Positions 1 through 8,619 of a stretch of 64,000 nucleotides of DNA are shown here, one piece after another; position 1 is the stretch's first letter; each line of letters opens with the position of its first letter. Both the position numbers and the translations under genes were made by a program. This DNA is from Melittangium boletus DSM 14713 (GTDB lineage: Bacteria > Myxococcota > Myxococcia > Myxococcales > Myxococcaceae). Below the pieces are notes generated by a model, which worked only from the letters and a program-made list of their open reading frames with translations, had not been told where the DNA came from and did no database searches. The stretch spans positions 7,131,765-7,195,764 of the forward strand of contig NZ_CP022163.1 of the NCBI RefSeq assembly GCF_002305855.1. The letters run 5' to 3'.

Positions 1-81
1 GGCAATTTCTTCTGCTACCAAGCTGATTACTGATTGGCTCCGGTCTCACGCTAATTAGTGTTGATGGATTGCTGAGTTTTG

Positions 82-120
82 AACCCCAATCGGCATTGAG
101 CTGGTTGGGGTTCTTTTGTT
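82..120 (+). terminator. Hairpin (AACCCCAA / TTGGGGTT) followed by a T-rich run (CTTTTGTTG), rho-independent-terminator-like
   Basis: Inverted repeat at 82-89/105-112 with a 15-nt loop and a downstream T-run, in a low-GC leader upstream of the MORN gene. Confidence 0.3.
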
Positions 121-232
121 GATTGAAACATTTTCAATGACTGTGCTCTTGGTTGTGATGAATTTCCTGTGAGCAATGCCGTCATTTGGCGTTGAGCAAT
201 GATGCGGTTGCTCGTCGATCAAGGAAGAGAAT

Positions 233-715
233 ATGTCTATCTCGATGATGGGTCGTGCATTGGTGGTTGGGTTGATTCTGGGCGCGACTGATTCGCTTGC
301 AGCTGATGACGCTTACAAACTTGATTGCCCAGTGGGCACGCGACAGACGGGTGAGCCACAAGAGGGGATCAGCTGCCGCAAGCCTGATACCTCGAACGGG
401 CGAGGTGTCGCGCATGGTCCGTATGTTTCCTTTTATGCTAACGGACAGAAGAGCGCGGAAGGCCAGTTCGTTGATGGCTTCCGCTCTGGCTCATGGACTT
501 TTTATACTCAGGATGGCCAAGTCAGAAGCCGAATCGAGTTCTCGGTGGGGAATTATCATGGCAGGCGCGAGGAGTATTTCCCTAACGGGAGGCTGCGTAC
601 CGTTGAGTCGTATGTGCACGGAAAGCTCGACGGACTGGTCAAGGAGTTCTCTTCTGATGGTCGTTTGGTGAAGCAGAGCGAGTACCGTAATAATCGGCAA
701 GTTGTCGCCGAGTAG
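233..715 (+). CDS. Secreted MORN-repeat (YwqK-like) protein
   Basis: ATG with an AGGAAG Shine-Dalgarno upstream. N-terminal signal peptide (MSISMMGRALVVGLILGATDSLAADD). Repeated 'Y..G...EG.....G..G.W..Y..' MORN-variant motifs. Low GC compared with the rest of the window. Confidence 0.65.
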   Translation: MSISMMGRALVVGLILGATDSLAADDAYKLDCPVGTRQTGEPQEGISCRKPDTSNGRGVAHGPYVSFYANGQKSAEGQFVDGFRSGSWTFYTQDGQVRSRIEFSVGNYHGRREEYFPNGRLRTVESYVHGKLDGLVKEFSSDGRLVKQSEYRNNRQVVAE

Positions 716-890
716 TGTTCTACTCGCTTGTCCGTTGACTCAGTGGGTCGTCACCGATCTCTCGGTGGCGACCCTCCGCTTTTTGAGGCACCCCTTCCTT
801 ATGTGCGAAGGCTCAGCTAGAAACTCGGATGTGAAGTCCGAACTAGGTACCCGACAATTGCCCGATATATCAGTGTGCACTGTAGCGGAC

Positions 891-1931
891 ATGGGTCTTC
901 GCGAACTTGAGCGTATCCGGCTCATTCTCCGCGGGGGCTCAGTCATCGACTGGAGACGGATGCACTTTCAGGTGCGCGATGAGGTAGACCGTTTTCTTCA
1001 TTTATGCCAAATCGATACCAAACGGACTGAGGATGATGCGTGGGTACGTAAAGTGCTCGCGGATGCGGTTGAATATTTAAGGAAAACATTCAATTACCGT
1101 GTAGCGGACGTTGTGGCAAATCCAGATGAGATCCACGATCTGTTCCTGTTTGCATCTGGAGTGAAAGGACTCCCAAGGCATCGACGTATTGCTTGTATTG
1201 TGCTGAAGGTGATGCACGTTATTCAGCATATTGAAGGGCGAGACCTACTTCATCGATTAGCCTTTTCGGAGATGGAACTATCCAAGTTGGTTTTGGATAA
1301 GGTGCTTGGCGTCGCGCAAAAACTCCAAGCCAAAGGTCTGCCTGTGAGTGAGTTTGCTCACTCTATCAAGACGCAAGACTCGCTTATTACAAAGCTCCTT
1401 GCGAAAAAAGAAACTGTTGCGGCTCAGATTTATGATCGAACTCGCTTTCGTATTATTACGCGTAAGCAGGATGATGTTCTTCCTGTTTTGTATTTTTTGA
1501 CGCAGCATCTTTTCCCTTTTAATTTTGTTGTTCCTGGGCAGACCGAGAATACGCTGATTCAGTTTAGGACTGTTCTGGATGGCAATCCGCAGTTGCAGCA
1601 GTATGTACAGCAGTTGCAGTTGGATCTTGATTACGAGGATCGTGAGGAGCGTGCACGCAACTTGTATTCTGGGAACACTTATCGTGCTCTAAATTTTATT
1701 GTGGACTTACCATTGCGGATGGATTCTTACCTGCCTTGTCCAGAGCAAGATTTGCGTGAGCGAAAGAATCGGATAGTTTTTACTCTCGTAGAGTTCCAGA
1801 TTATGGATGAGGAAACTGCTCGGCAGAATGAGCAGGGTGCGAATGCTCACAGGTTGTATAAACATCGACAGAGAAGGCGTGTGCTGCGTCGTCTTTCGAG
1901 AGGACTCGTGGTTCCCAGGCGACAAGGTTGA
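891..1931 (+). CDS. Conserved hypothetical protein (possible nucleotidyltransferase-fold protein; start uncertain, alternatives at 702 or 801)
   Basis: Long ORF in the track (702-1931) that begins with a TTG. The first internal ATG candidates are 801 and 891. Contains a 'DRTRFRIITRK' motif reminiscent of RelA/SpoT-like NTase cores. I do not recognise a definite family. Confidence 0.5.
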   Translation: MGLRELERIRLILRGGSVIDWRRMHFQVRDEVDRFLHLCQIDTKRTEDDAWVRKVLADAVEYLRKTFNYRVADVVANPDEIHDLFLFASGVKGLPRHRRIACIVLKVMHVIQHIEGRDLLHRLAFSEMELSKLVLDKVLGVAQKLQAKGLPVSEFAHSIKTQDSLITKLLAKKETVAAQIYDRTRFRIITRKQDDVLPVLYFLTQHLFPFNFVVPGQTENTLIQFRTVLDGNPQLQQYVQQLQLDLDYEDREERARNLYSGNTYRALNFIVDLPLRMDSYLPCPEQDLRERKNRIVFTLVEFQIMDEETARQNEQGANAHRLYKHRQRRRVLRRLSRGLVVPRRQG

Positions 1932-2280
1932 TTGTGGCCATGGTCCACCAAATTTGAATTGTAACCGTTCGCCGCATTGGCTTGGTTGAAGAGGAGCCGG
2001 GCCAGGCTTGATTCAAAGTCCCACGGGAGAAGTTATCCCACCTGGACCTACGGACGAGGTAAGGTGCTCGCGGACGGGACAAGGTGGCGCGAGCAGCGCG
2101 GGGCTGATCGCGTGGCACGAGCCCGAAACAGGCAGGACGCGGGCCAGTTGAGGCCGGTGGAGAGTGAAAGTGGGTAGGGAGAAAAACCGGGGCGGGAGAG
2201 CTGGCGGGCCCTCCACACCCCCTGAGAAGCAAGGAGAAGCGAGGAGACACAAGAGAGAAGACGCCTCGCCCGTGCAGGAG

Positions 2281-3483
2281 ATGTTGACGCGGTTGGGAGT
2301 AACGTTCAAGCAGATAGTGGACCCAAGGGCCAGCCGCGGCAAGAGGCACGAGTTGGGGGCGATGCTGTCGCTGCTGGTGCAAGGGCTGGCGACCGGGAGA
2401 AGAGTGCTGAGACAGGTAGAGGCGTTGGGTGCGGACCTGGTGCGCGAGGGGACAGGGCCAGTGGGATTGCGCGGACCGGTGTCGGACACGACCTTGGATA
2501 GACTGCTCAGTGAGCTCAAGCCCGAGGGGTTGGACAAGGTGCTGCGGCAGTTGGTGCGGACGGCGCTCGAGCGGGGAGTGCTGCGTCAGGACAGGATGGC
2601 GGCGGGAGTGGTGTCGATTGACGGCAAGGCGGGGGAGAGCACGCGAGGACAAGCGCCCTGTGAGCCATGTCACACACTGAGAGACGAGCAGGGGCAAGAG
2701 TATTGGTACCCCTTCGCGCTGCGAGCGGCGCTCACCAGCAGCGGAGCGTGCCCGGTGCTCGACCAGATGATGCTGGAGGGCAAGCAAGGAGAGGCGACGG
2801 CCTTCCCCAAGCTGCTGAAGCGGGTGGTGGAGAAGTATGGAGAGCACTTCAAGTACGTGACGGGGGACGCGGGGCTGACGAGCGCGGCGAACGCGAGAGC
2901 GGTGAGAGAGGCAGGCAAACATTATGTGTTCGCCGTGAAGGAGAACTTCCAGCGCTTGCATGACGTGATGTGGGTGGCGCTGGGGACAGCACCCGTACAG
3001 GTGACGGTGAGAGAGCGGGCGCGGGGCGAGTGGGTGGAGCGGCAGCTGAGAGCGACACGAGTGCCCGAGACAGAAGAGTTTCCAGAAGCGAGGCAATGGG
3101 TGTGGGTGCGCAGCACGCGGGAGCGGGAGGGGAAGTTGCCCGAGGTGGAGACACGGCTGTTTATAACGTCCGTACCTGGCGGGGAGTTGTCGGGAGAGCA
3201 GATGCTCACGCTGGTGAGAGGGCATTGGGGAATAGAGAATGGGCCCAACTGGACGGCGGACGTCGTGCTGGAGGAAGACACGGGCTCGGCCAGCTTGCGT
3301 GGGCAGGCGCCCGTGGTGCTCAGTTGGCTGAGGCTGCTGGCCTACAATCTGCTGGCGCTGGTGCGCACGCACCTGCCCCCAAAAGACGGCAGGCTCGTTT
3401 CTTATGCTCGCACCCAGGAAGTGCTCTACCAGGGCTTGCTGGGCCTGGCGGTGCTGCCGGAGAGTCTGGCCGTACTTGCCTGA
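2281..3483 (+). CDS. ISAs1-family (H-repeat-associated) transposase
   Basis: N-terminal 'DPRxxRGKRHxL...' motif and C-terminal 'HWGIEN' DDE-domain signature typical of ISAs1 transposases. The ATG at 2281 is preferred over the GTG at 2164 reported in the ORF track. Confidence 0.8.
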   Translation: MLTRLGVTFKQIVDPRASRGKRHELGAMLSLLVQGLATGRRVLRQVEALGADLVREGTGPVGLRGPVSDTTLDRLLSELKPEGLDKVLRQLVRTALERGVLRQDRMAAGVVSIDGKAGESTRGQAPCEPCHTLRDEQGQEYWYPFALRAALTSSGACPVLDQMMLEGKQGEATAFPKLLKRVVEKYGEHFKYVTGDAGLTSAANARAVREAGKHYVFAVKENFQRLHDVMWVALGTAPVQVTVRERARGEWVERQLRATRVPETEEFPEARQWVWVRSTREREGKLPEVETRLFITSVPGGELSGEQMLTLVRGHWGIENGPNWTADVVLEEDTGSASLRGQAPVVLSWLRLLAYNLLALVRTHLPPKDGRLVSYARTQEVLYQGLLGLAVLPESLAVLA

Positions 3484-3709
3484 GCGCCCGCCAGCGCCCG
3501 GCTCCGGCCTCCTCTGCCTCCACCTCCTCGGCTTCGTGGGTCCGTCATCAGTCAGTTCCCCTCCCCGGGGCGCTCCTCGCGCGAGCGCCCTCTGGAAGAA
3601 CGCTCCCCTTTTGCCTGAAACAGATTGTTCTCCCTTCACCCCTCTTCAAATCTTCCCTCTCGGACTTTGGATCAAGCCTGGGAGCCGGGCTAGGCGCAAT
3701 GCCGTTCAG

Positions 3710-4435
3710 TTAAGAAGGGGTGGGGGATGCCGGCCGAGGTCTTTTTCTCGGGTAGGGACTCATTTTGAGCTTTACGGCACGCGGGTAGTTTCGCTCGCTG
3801 CGCCTGGGCGGAAGGACGAAATGTTTCACCTCTTCGCGCAGGCGCCGAAGGTGCGCTGGAATGGCGCCGGGGCTCGCGCCCGCCAGCCATATCCACTCAT
3901 CGCGGATGAGACGTAGCGCCATGACAAAGCTGATGCGGTTGGGTGGGACACCCTCCTCCTCCGCGATTCGCTCCATCTCCAGCCGTACCAGGTTGTAGGC
4001 CAGCCCCACGCCCCACATTTCCTGGGCCACGCCTTCGGGTCGCTGGCTACGGATGGCCTCTTGCCTCTGCAGCATGTCCGTCTTCACCTCGTCGTATCCA
4101 AGCTCCATTTCCCAGCGCTCATGGTAGAGGGCGACAATTTCGTCTGCGGGATATGTCTTCGCATCCAACAGCGAGGTGAGCAGCACTTGTGGGCGAATGC
4201 CCCTGCGTTGGTAGCGGATAACTCGCGCCTGGTAGCGCATGGGCAGCGTGTCGTCTTTCTGTCGCGCATACCAGCTGACTTCCAGCTCGACGAGTTCCTC
4301 CCCGGGTTTCAACTGTGCCAACACTTTCCACACCGTGTTCTTCTTGGTTCTCACCAACGAGTGCCTGTTGCGCCCGTCCCGGGCGAAAGGCACGAGGATG
4401 CCCGCGTTGAGGAAATTGCGGTCGGTGATGCACAA
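3710..4435 (-). pseudogene. IS4-family transposase, C-terminal (DDE) fragment; gene disrupted by the IS21 insertion and probably also a frameshift
   Basis: 241-aa ORF with the IS4-type DDE C-terminal region ('YHERWEMELGYDEVKT'). The N-terminal part of the same gene lies at 6975-7433, on the other side of the inserted IS21 element. Confidence 0.65.
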
Positions 4436-4728
4436 GCGCGTCGTCGGGAACCATCGGCCACAGCTGTAGCGCCAGCAGGTGCTCGGTGGCGGTGGTATAG
4501 GGCCCCATGCGCGCTGCGCATAGCAGGTGACTGCGCAGGGCTGTCAGCGTCACCATCCGCAACTGTGGATAGCCACTTTGCCCACCACCCCGGCTCGTGC
4601 AGCCCCCGAGAAATGCTTCCGGTTTTCCTTTGAGTCCGGGACACGTGTAGAGCGACAGCAAAATTGACCCCCGCGCGACACTAAAACTGACCCCCTTCCA
4701 GAGCCCCTGGACTTGGGAGGTCAGTGCG

Positions 4729-6024
4729 ATGGAAGAGACGGCGGAAGTTGTGGCACCCCGCGCGGCGGAGGTGCCGATGGTGGAGCAGGAAGTGGTGCGG
4801 CGCATCCGCGTGCTGGCGGAGGCGGGCTGGGGCCACAAGCGGATAGCGCGAGAGGTGGGAGTGGCGCGCAACACGGTGCGGCGCTACGTGCGCGCGGGCC
4901 GAGCGGCCGAGAAGCAGGTGAGGCCCAAGGCGAGGCGGCTCACCGAGGCCGAGCAGCAGCGAGCGGTGGAGTTGTGGACGGGAGCGGCGGAGGGCAACGC
5001 CGTGGTGGTCAAGGCGCTGCTGGCGCAGGAGGGCGTGGAGGCAGGCGTGCGCACCGTGCAGCGAGCGGTGGAGGAGAAGCGACGACAGGAGCACGCGGCA
5101 CAGGTGGCCACGGTGCGCTTCGAGACGAAGCCAGGGCAGCAGATGCAGGTGGACTTCGGCGAGAAGAAGGTGCGGCTGGGAGGGCAGTGGGTGAAGGTGT
5201 TCCTGCTGGTGGCGGTGCTGAGCTTCTCGCGGCGGCTGTTCGTGCGCGCCTTCCTCAATCAGCGCGGAGACGACTGGAGAGAGGGAGTGGCGGCGGCGTT
5301 CGTGCACTTCGGAGGCGTGGTGCTGGAGGTGCTGGGGGACAACGCGCGGCCCCTGGTGGAGGAGCACGACAGACGGGCCGGCACGGTGCGCTTCCACCCG
5401 GGCTGGGTGGAGTTCTGCCGGGACTGGGACGTGACGCCCAAGGCGTGCGGGCCGTACCGCGCGCGCACCAAGGGCAAGACGGAGTCGGGCGTCAAGTACG
5501 TCAAGCGCAACGCGCTGGCGGGCCGGGAGTTCGACTCCTTCGGCGAGCTGGAGAGGCACCTGGCCGAGTGGATGGCGCAAGCGGACATGCGCGTGCACGG
5601 CACCACGCACGAGCGGCCCCTGGACAGGTTCGAGCGAGAGGAGAAGGCGGCGCTGCGAGCGCTGCCCGCGCGTGCGCTGCCGCGTCGTCAGCAGCGGCTC
5701 AAGCGCAAGGTGGCCAACGACGCGCTGGTGGACGTGGACACGGTGCGCTACAGCGTGCCGCACCGGCTGGTGCGCGAGAGCGTCGAGGTGCAGGTGGGAG
5801 ACAGCGAGGTGCGCATCTTCTACGCCGGAGTGCTGGTGGCCACCCACGCGCGGGGCAAGGAGCCGCATGGCAGAGTCGTCGACGAGGCGCACTGGGAGGG
5901 CCTGTGGCGAGCGCGCGCCGTGCAGCCCGTGGAGGGCAGCGGCGGCAAGCTGAGCGCGCTCGGGCGCTCGCTGGAGGACTACGCGGCGGTGGTGGAGCAG
6001 GGCGCGCGGCGAGGTGCGGCATGA
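4729..6024 (+). CDS. istA: IS21-family transposase IstA
   Basis: 431 aa with an N-terminal HTH and a DDE integrase core (e.g. 'QMQVDFGE', 'HGTTHERP'). Its stop overlaps the istB start. Confidence 0.85.
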   Translation: MEETAEVVAPRAAEVPMVEQEVVRRIRVLAEAGWGHKRIAREVGVARNTVRRYVRAGRAAEKQVRPKARRLTEAEQQRAVELWTGAAEGNAVVVKALLAQEGVEAGVRTVQRAVEEKRRQEHAAQVATVRFETKPGQQMQVDFGEKKVRLGGQWVKVFLLVAVLSFSRRLFVRAFLNQRGDDWREGVAAAFVHFGGVVLEVLGDNARPLVEEHDRRAGTVRFHPGWVEFCRDWDVTPKACGPYRARTKGKTESGVKYVKRNALAGREFDSFGELERHLAEWMAQADMRVHGTTHERPLDRFEREEKAALRALPARALPRRQQRLKRKVANDALVDVDTVRYSVPHRLVRESVEVQVGDSEVRIFYAGVLVATHARGKEPHGRVVDEAHWEGLWRARAVQPVEGSGGKLSALGRSLEDYAAVVEQGARRGAA

Positions 6025-6827
6025 GCCACGAGCTGGTCCACGCGCGCGTGCGCGAGCACCTGGAGCGGCTGAGGCTGGGACACCTGGCCGAGAGGCTGGA
6101 CGCGCTGCTGGCGGAGGCGGCACGCGGCGAGCCCACGTACCTGGACTTCCTCGACGCGCTGCTGAGCGAGGAGATGGAGGCCAAGCAGCGCAAGCGCGTG
6201 AGCATGGGGATAACAATCGCGCACTTCCCCGCGGTGAAAACGCTGGAGGACTTCGACTTCAAGGCGCAGCCCTCGGTGGACGCGAAGCTGGTGCGGGAGT
6301 TGGCCACGGGACGCTTCATCGCCCAGGCGCAGAATGTGCTGCTCTTCGGCCCACCGGGCGTGGGCAAGACGCACCTGGCGATTGGACTGGGCCGTGCGGC
6401 GGTGGAGAGCGGACACTCGGTGCTCTTCACCAGCGCCACGGCACTGCTGGCGGCGCTGGCCAAGGCCGAGAGCGAGGGCGTGCTCAAGGACAAGCTCAAC
6501 TACTTCGCCAAGCCCAAGCTGCTGGTGGTGGACGAGCTGGGCTACCTGCCCTTCGAGAAGCGCAGTGCCCACCTCTTTTTCCAGCTGGTGGCGCGTCGCT
6601 ACGAGAAGGGCAGCCTGCTGCTCACCACCAACCAGATGGTGGGCCAGTGGGGCGGCGTCTTCGGCGATGACGTGCTGGCCGCGGCCATCCTCGACCGACT
6701 GTTGCACCACAGCCACACGCTGCTGATTCATGGCGACAGCTACCGGCTGCGGCAGAAGCGCAAGGCCGGGCTGCTGGGCCGTGGCTCGCCGCAGACCCCT
6801 GACGCCGGAGCAGAACCCGGGCGCTGA
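6021..6827 (+). CDS. istB: IS21-family helper ATPase IstB
   Basis: Walker A 'GPPGVGKTHLA' and Walker B 'LLVVDELGY'. The ATG at 6021 overlaps the istA stop. The 704-aa ORF at 4713-6827 in the track is a GC-rich frame artefact that runs into this frame. Confidence 0.85.
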   Translation: MSHELVHARVREHLERLRLGHLAERLDALLAEAARGEPTYLDFLDALLSEEMEAKQRKRVSMGITIAHFPAVKTLEDFDFKAQPSVDAKLVRELATGRFIAQAQNVLLFGPPGVGKTHLAIGLGRAAVESGHSVLFTSATALLAALAKAESEGVLKDKLNYFAKPKLLVVDELGYLPFEKRSAHLFFQLVARRYEKGSLLLTTNQMVGQWGGVFGDDVLAAAILDRLLHHSHTLLIHGDSYRLRQKRKAGLLGRGSPQTPDAGAEPGR

Positions 6828-6974
6828 GCCTCGGAAGCCGCCTCCGCGCGCCCTCGCTCGAGAAGCAGCGAGGGCGCGCTCCGGCGGACATCCGCAGTAG
6901 AACGACGGAGCATCTCGACGTAGAACAACGAGCCCGGGAGGGGGTCAGTTTTAGTGACGTAAGGGGGTCAAAAA

Positions 6975-7433
6975 TTCCTGTCGCCTGACAACACGTACCG
7001 TCGTGCCATCTACCCCGTACACGGCCAACCCACGCCACATGTGACGACGCGCACTCTCCTGGCCCCATTTGCGCGCTGTCTTCTCGAACAGCCACTGCAT
7101 GGGCTGACTGCCCAGTCGGCAGCGGGCCTGGGCGACGGCGCTTGGTGCGACGGGACCTGCCCCAGGCAGCACCAGGTCCAACCTCTCCACCCACTCCGCG
7201 ATGGAGCGATGTCGATAGAGCGCCATGCCCAGCACCAGCCACACCACCTGCTCGGCTGGCAGTCGGCGTCGACGCACCGTGGCCGTCCCCGTCGCCTCCA
7301 GCGCCGCCTCCACCCCCGCGGGCTCCAGTTGCTCGCACAACCTTTCAAAGGCTCCCTCATCCGCCGAGGGCAACAGCCCCATCCTCCTGGCCACGACTGT
7401 CTCCTTTCCAAGGACGATCGTGCCACTATGCAC
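6975..7433 (-). pseudogene. IS4-family transposase, N-terminal fragment (same gene as 3710-4435, split by IS21)
   Basis: N-terminal IS4-type domain ('[16 protein letters not shown]'). The reading frame runs into the IS21 right end. Confidence 0.65.
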
Positions 7434-7552
7434 TATTCGGACGAGCTAAACTGATCGGCATTGGGGCAAGTCCACTGACATTCTTGGTCCAGGGGCTTCG
7501 GGAGGGGGGCGTCATAAAGGGGCGATTTTGTTGCCGCTCTACATTTGTCTTA

Positions 7553-8608
7553 GAGGGTGTTGAACTGGAGCAGAGGGATTCCCTCGCTCCAAGATGGGCG
7601 CTCAAGGCCAAAGCAGTGCGTTCCTGCCCCTTGTGGCGGTGTGTTCGTGGAATTCTTGTGACTCCGTAGCCGCTGCGGCCGTTGCCTTCGTCCGTTTTGT
7701 CCTCCTGCCAATGGATGACCGCGAAGGTAGTGGCGACCAAGTGACCGCGCAAGTTGCGCATGGCACGAGAGTCCTTATCTCCCAAGGTCATGAGCGATCT
7801 ACCCATGCCCGATAGGCAGCGCTATCCCACGGACCTGACGGACAAACAATGGGCGCTGGTAGAACCCTTCGTCCGGGCCAGCCACTGTGGGCCTCAAGAG
7901 GTGCTACATCCACGGCGAGAAGTGGTCAACGCCATCCTGTACATCAAGCGCACGGGAGCGCAGTGGCGCTACATGCCGCACGACTTGCCGGACTGGCGGA
8001 TTGTCTATCACTACTTCGCGCGCTGGAAGAAGGATGGGACGTGGAAGAAACTCAACGATGAGTTGAGGCGAGAGGTGCGCACGAGGGAGGGACACGAGGA
8101 GGAGCCAACGGCGGGAATCTTGGACAGCCAGAGCGTCAAGACGATGCAAGAGGCGGAGACGAAGGGATATGACGCGGGAAAGAAAATCAAAGGCAGGAAG
8201 AGGCACCTGCTGGTGGATGTCCTGGGGCTGTTGCTCGTCTCATGGGTAAGCACGGCGGATGTTCAGGACAGGGATGGCGCGCGGAAGGTGTTACCAGTGG
8301 CTGCACAGCAGTATCCCACGCTCAAGAAGACTTGGATGGATGGCGGATATTCTGGGGAGCGTGTGCAGGCCGTGGCCACGAAGACAGGTATCAACGTCGA
8401 AGTGGTGAAGCGCTCAGACCAGGCGAAGGGCTTTGTTCTATTGCCCAAGCGATGGATAGTCGAGAGGACTTTCGGGTGGTTGAATCGTCAACGGCGCTTG
8501 TCCAAGGACTACGAGCGTAAGGAGTCTTCATCCGAAGCGTTTATTCACATCAGCATGATTGACCTCATGCTGCGGAGGCTTGCCTGATCGCTCCAGTTCA
8601 ACACCCTC
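7553..8608 (+). mobile_element. IS5-family insertion sequence with 19-bp perfect terminal inverted repeats
   Basis: GAGGGTGTTGAACTGGAGC at 7553-7571 and its exact reverse complement at 8590-8608. Flanking TTA at 7550-7552 and 8609-8611 is a possible 3-bp TSD. Single transposase ORF inside. Confidence 0.75.
7760..8587 (+). CDS. IS5-family DDE transposase
   Basis: N-terminal 'RYPTDLTDKQWALVEPF' and C-terminal DDE region typical of the IS5/IS427-like group. First ATG at 7760; the ORF track starts at TTG 7754. Alternative ATGs at 7790 and 7805. Confidence 0.8.
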   Translation: MARESLSPKVMSDLPMPDRQRYPTDLTDKQWALVEPFVRASHCGPQEVLHPRREVVNAILYIKRTGAQWRYMPHDLPDWRIVYHYFARWKKDGTWKKLNDELRREVRTREGHEEEPTAGILDSQSVKTMQEAETKGYDAGKKIKGRKRHLLVDVLGLLLVSWVSTADVQDRDGARKVLPVAAQQYPTLKKTWMDGGYSGERVQAVATKTGINVEVVKRSDQAKGFVLLPKRWIVERTFGWLNRQRRLSKDYERKESSSEAFIHISMIDLMLRRLA

Positions 8609-8619
8609 TTATATTTGTC

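Larger units (their letters stand above)
4666..6969 (+). mobile_element. Intact IS21-family insertion sequence (istA-istB) inserted into an IS4-family transposase gene; 5-bp target site duplication AAAAT
   Basis: Terminal inverted repeats TGACCCCC...ACTAAAACTGACCCCC at 4666-4695 and the reverse complement at 6940-6969, with multi-copy terminal repeats typical of IS21. Flanking direct repeat AAAAT at 4661-4665 and 6970-6974. Carries overlapping istA/istB ORFs. Confidence 0.8.

Noticed and set aside
1801-3639. 612-aa minus-strand ORF across the ISAs1 transposase
   Set aside because: Antisense, Arg/Pro/His-rich, low-complexity translation typical of high-GC antisense frames. The plus-strand ISAs1 transposase has clear family motifs.
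4713-6827. 704-aa ORF spanning the whole IS21 element
   Set aside because: Gly/Ala/Arg-rich frame artefact of GC-rich DNA. It overlaps istA in another frame and merely runs into the istB frame at its end. The real genes are istA (4729-6024) and istB (6021-6827).
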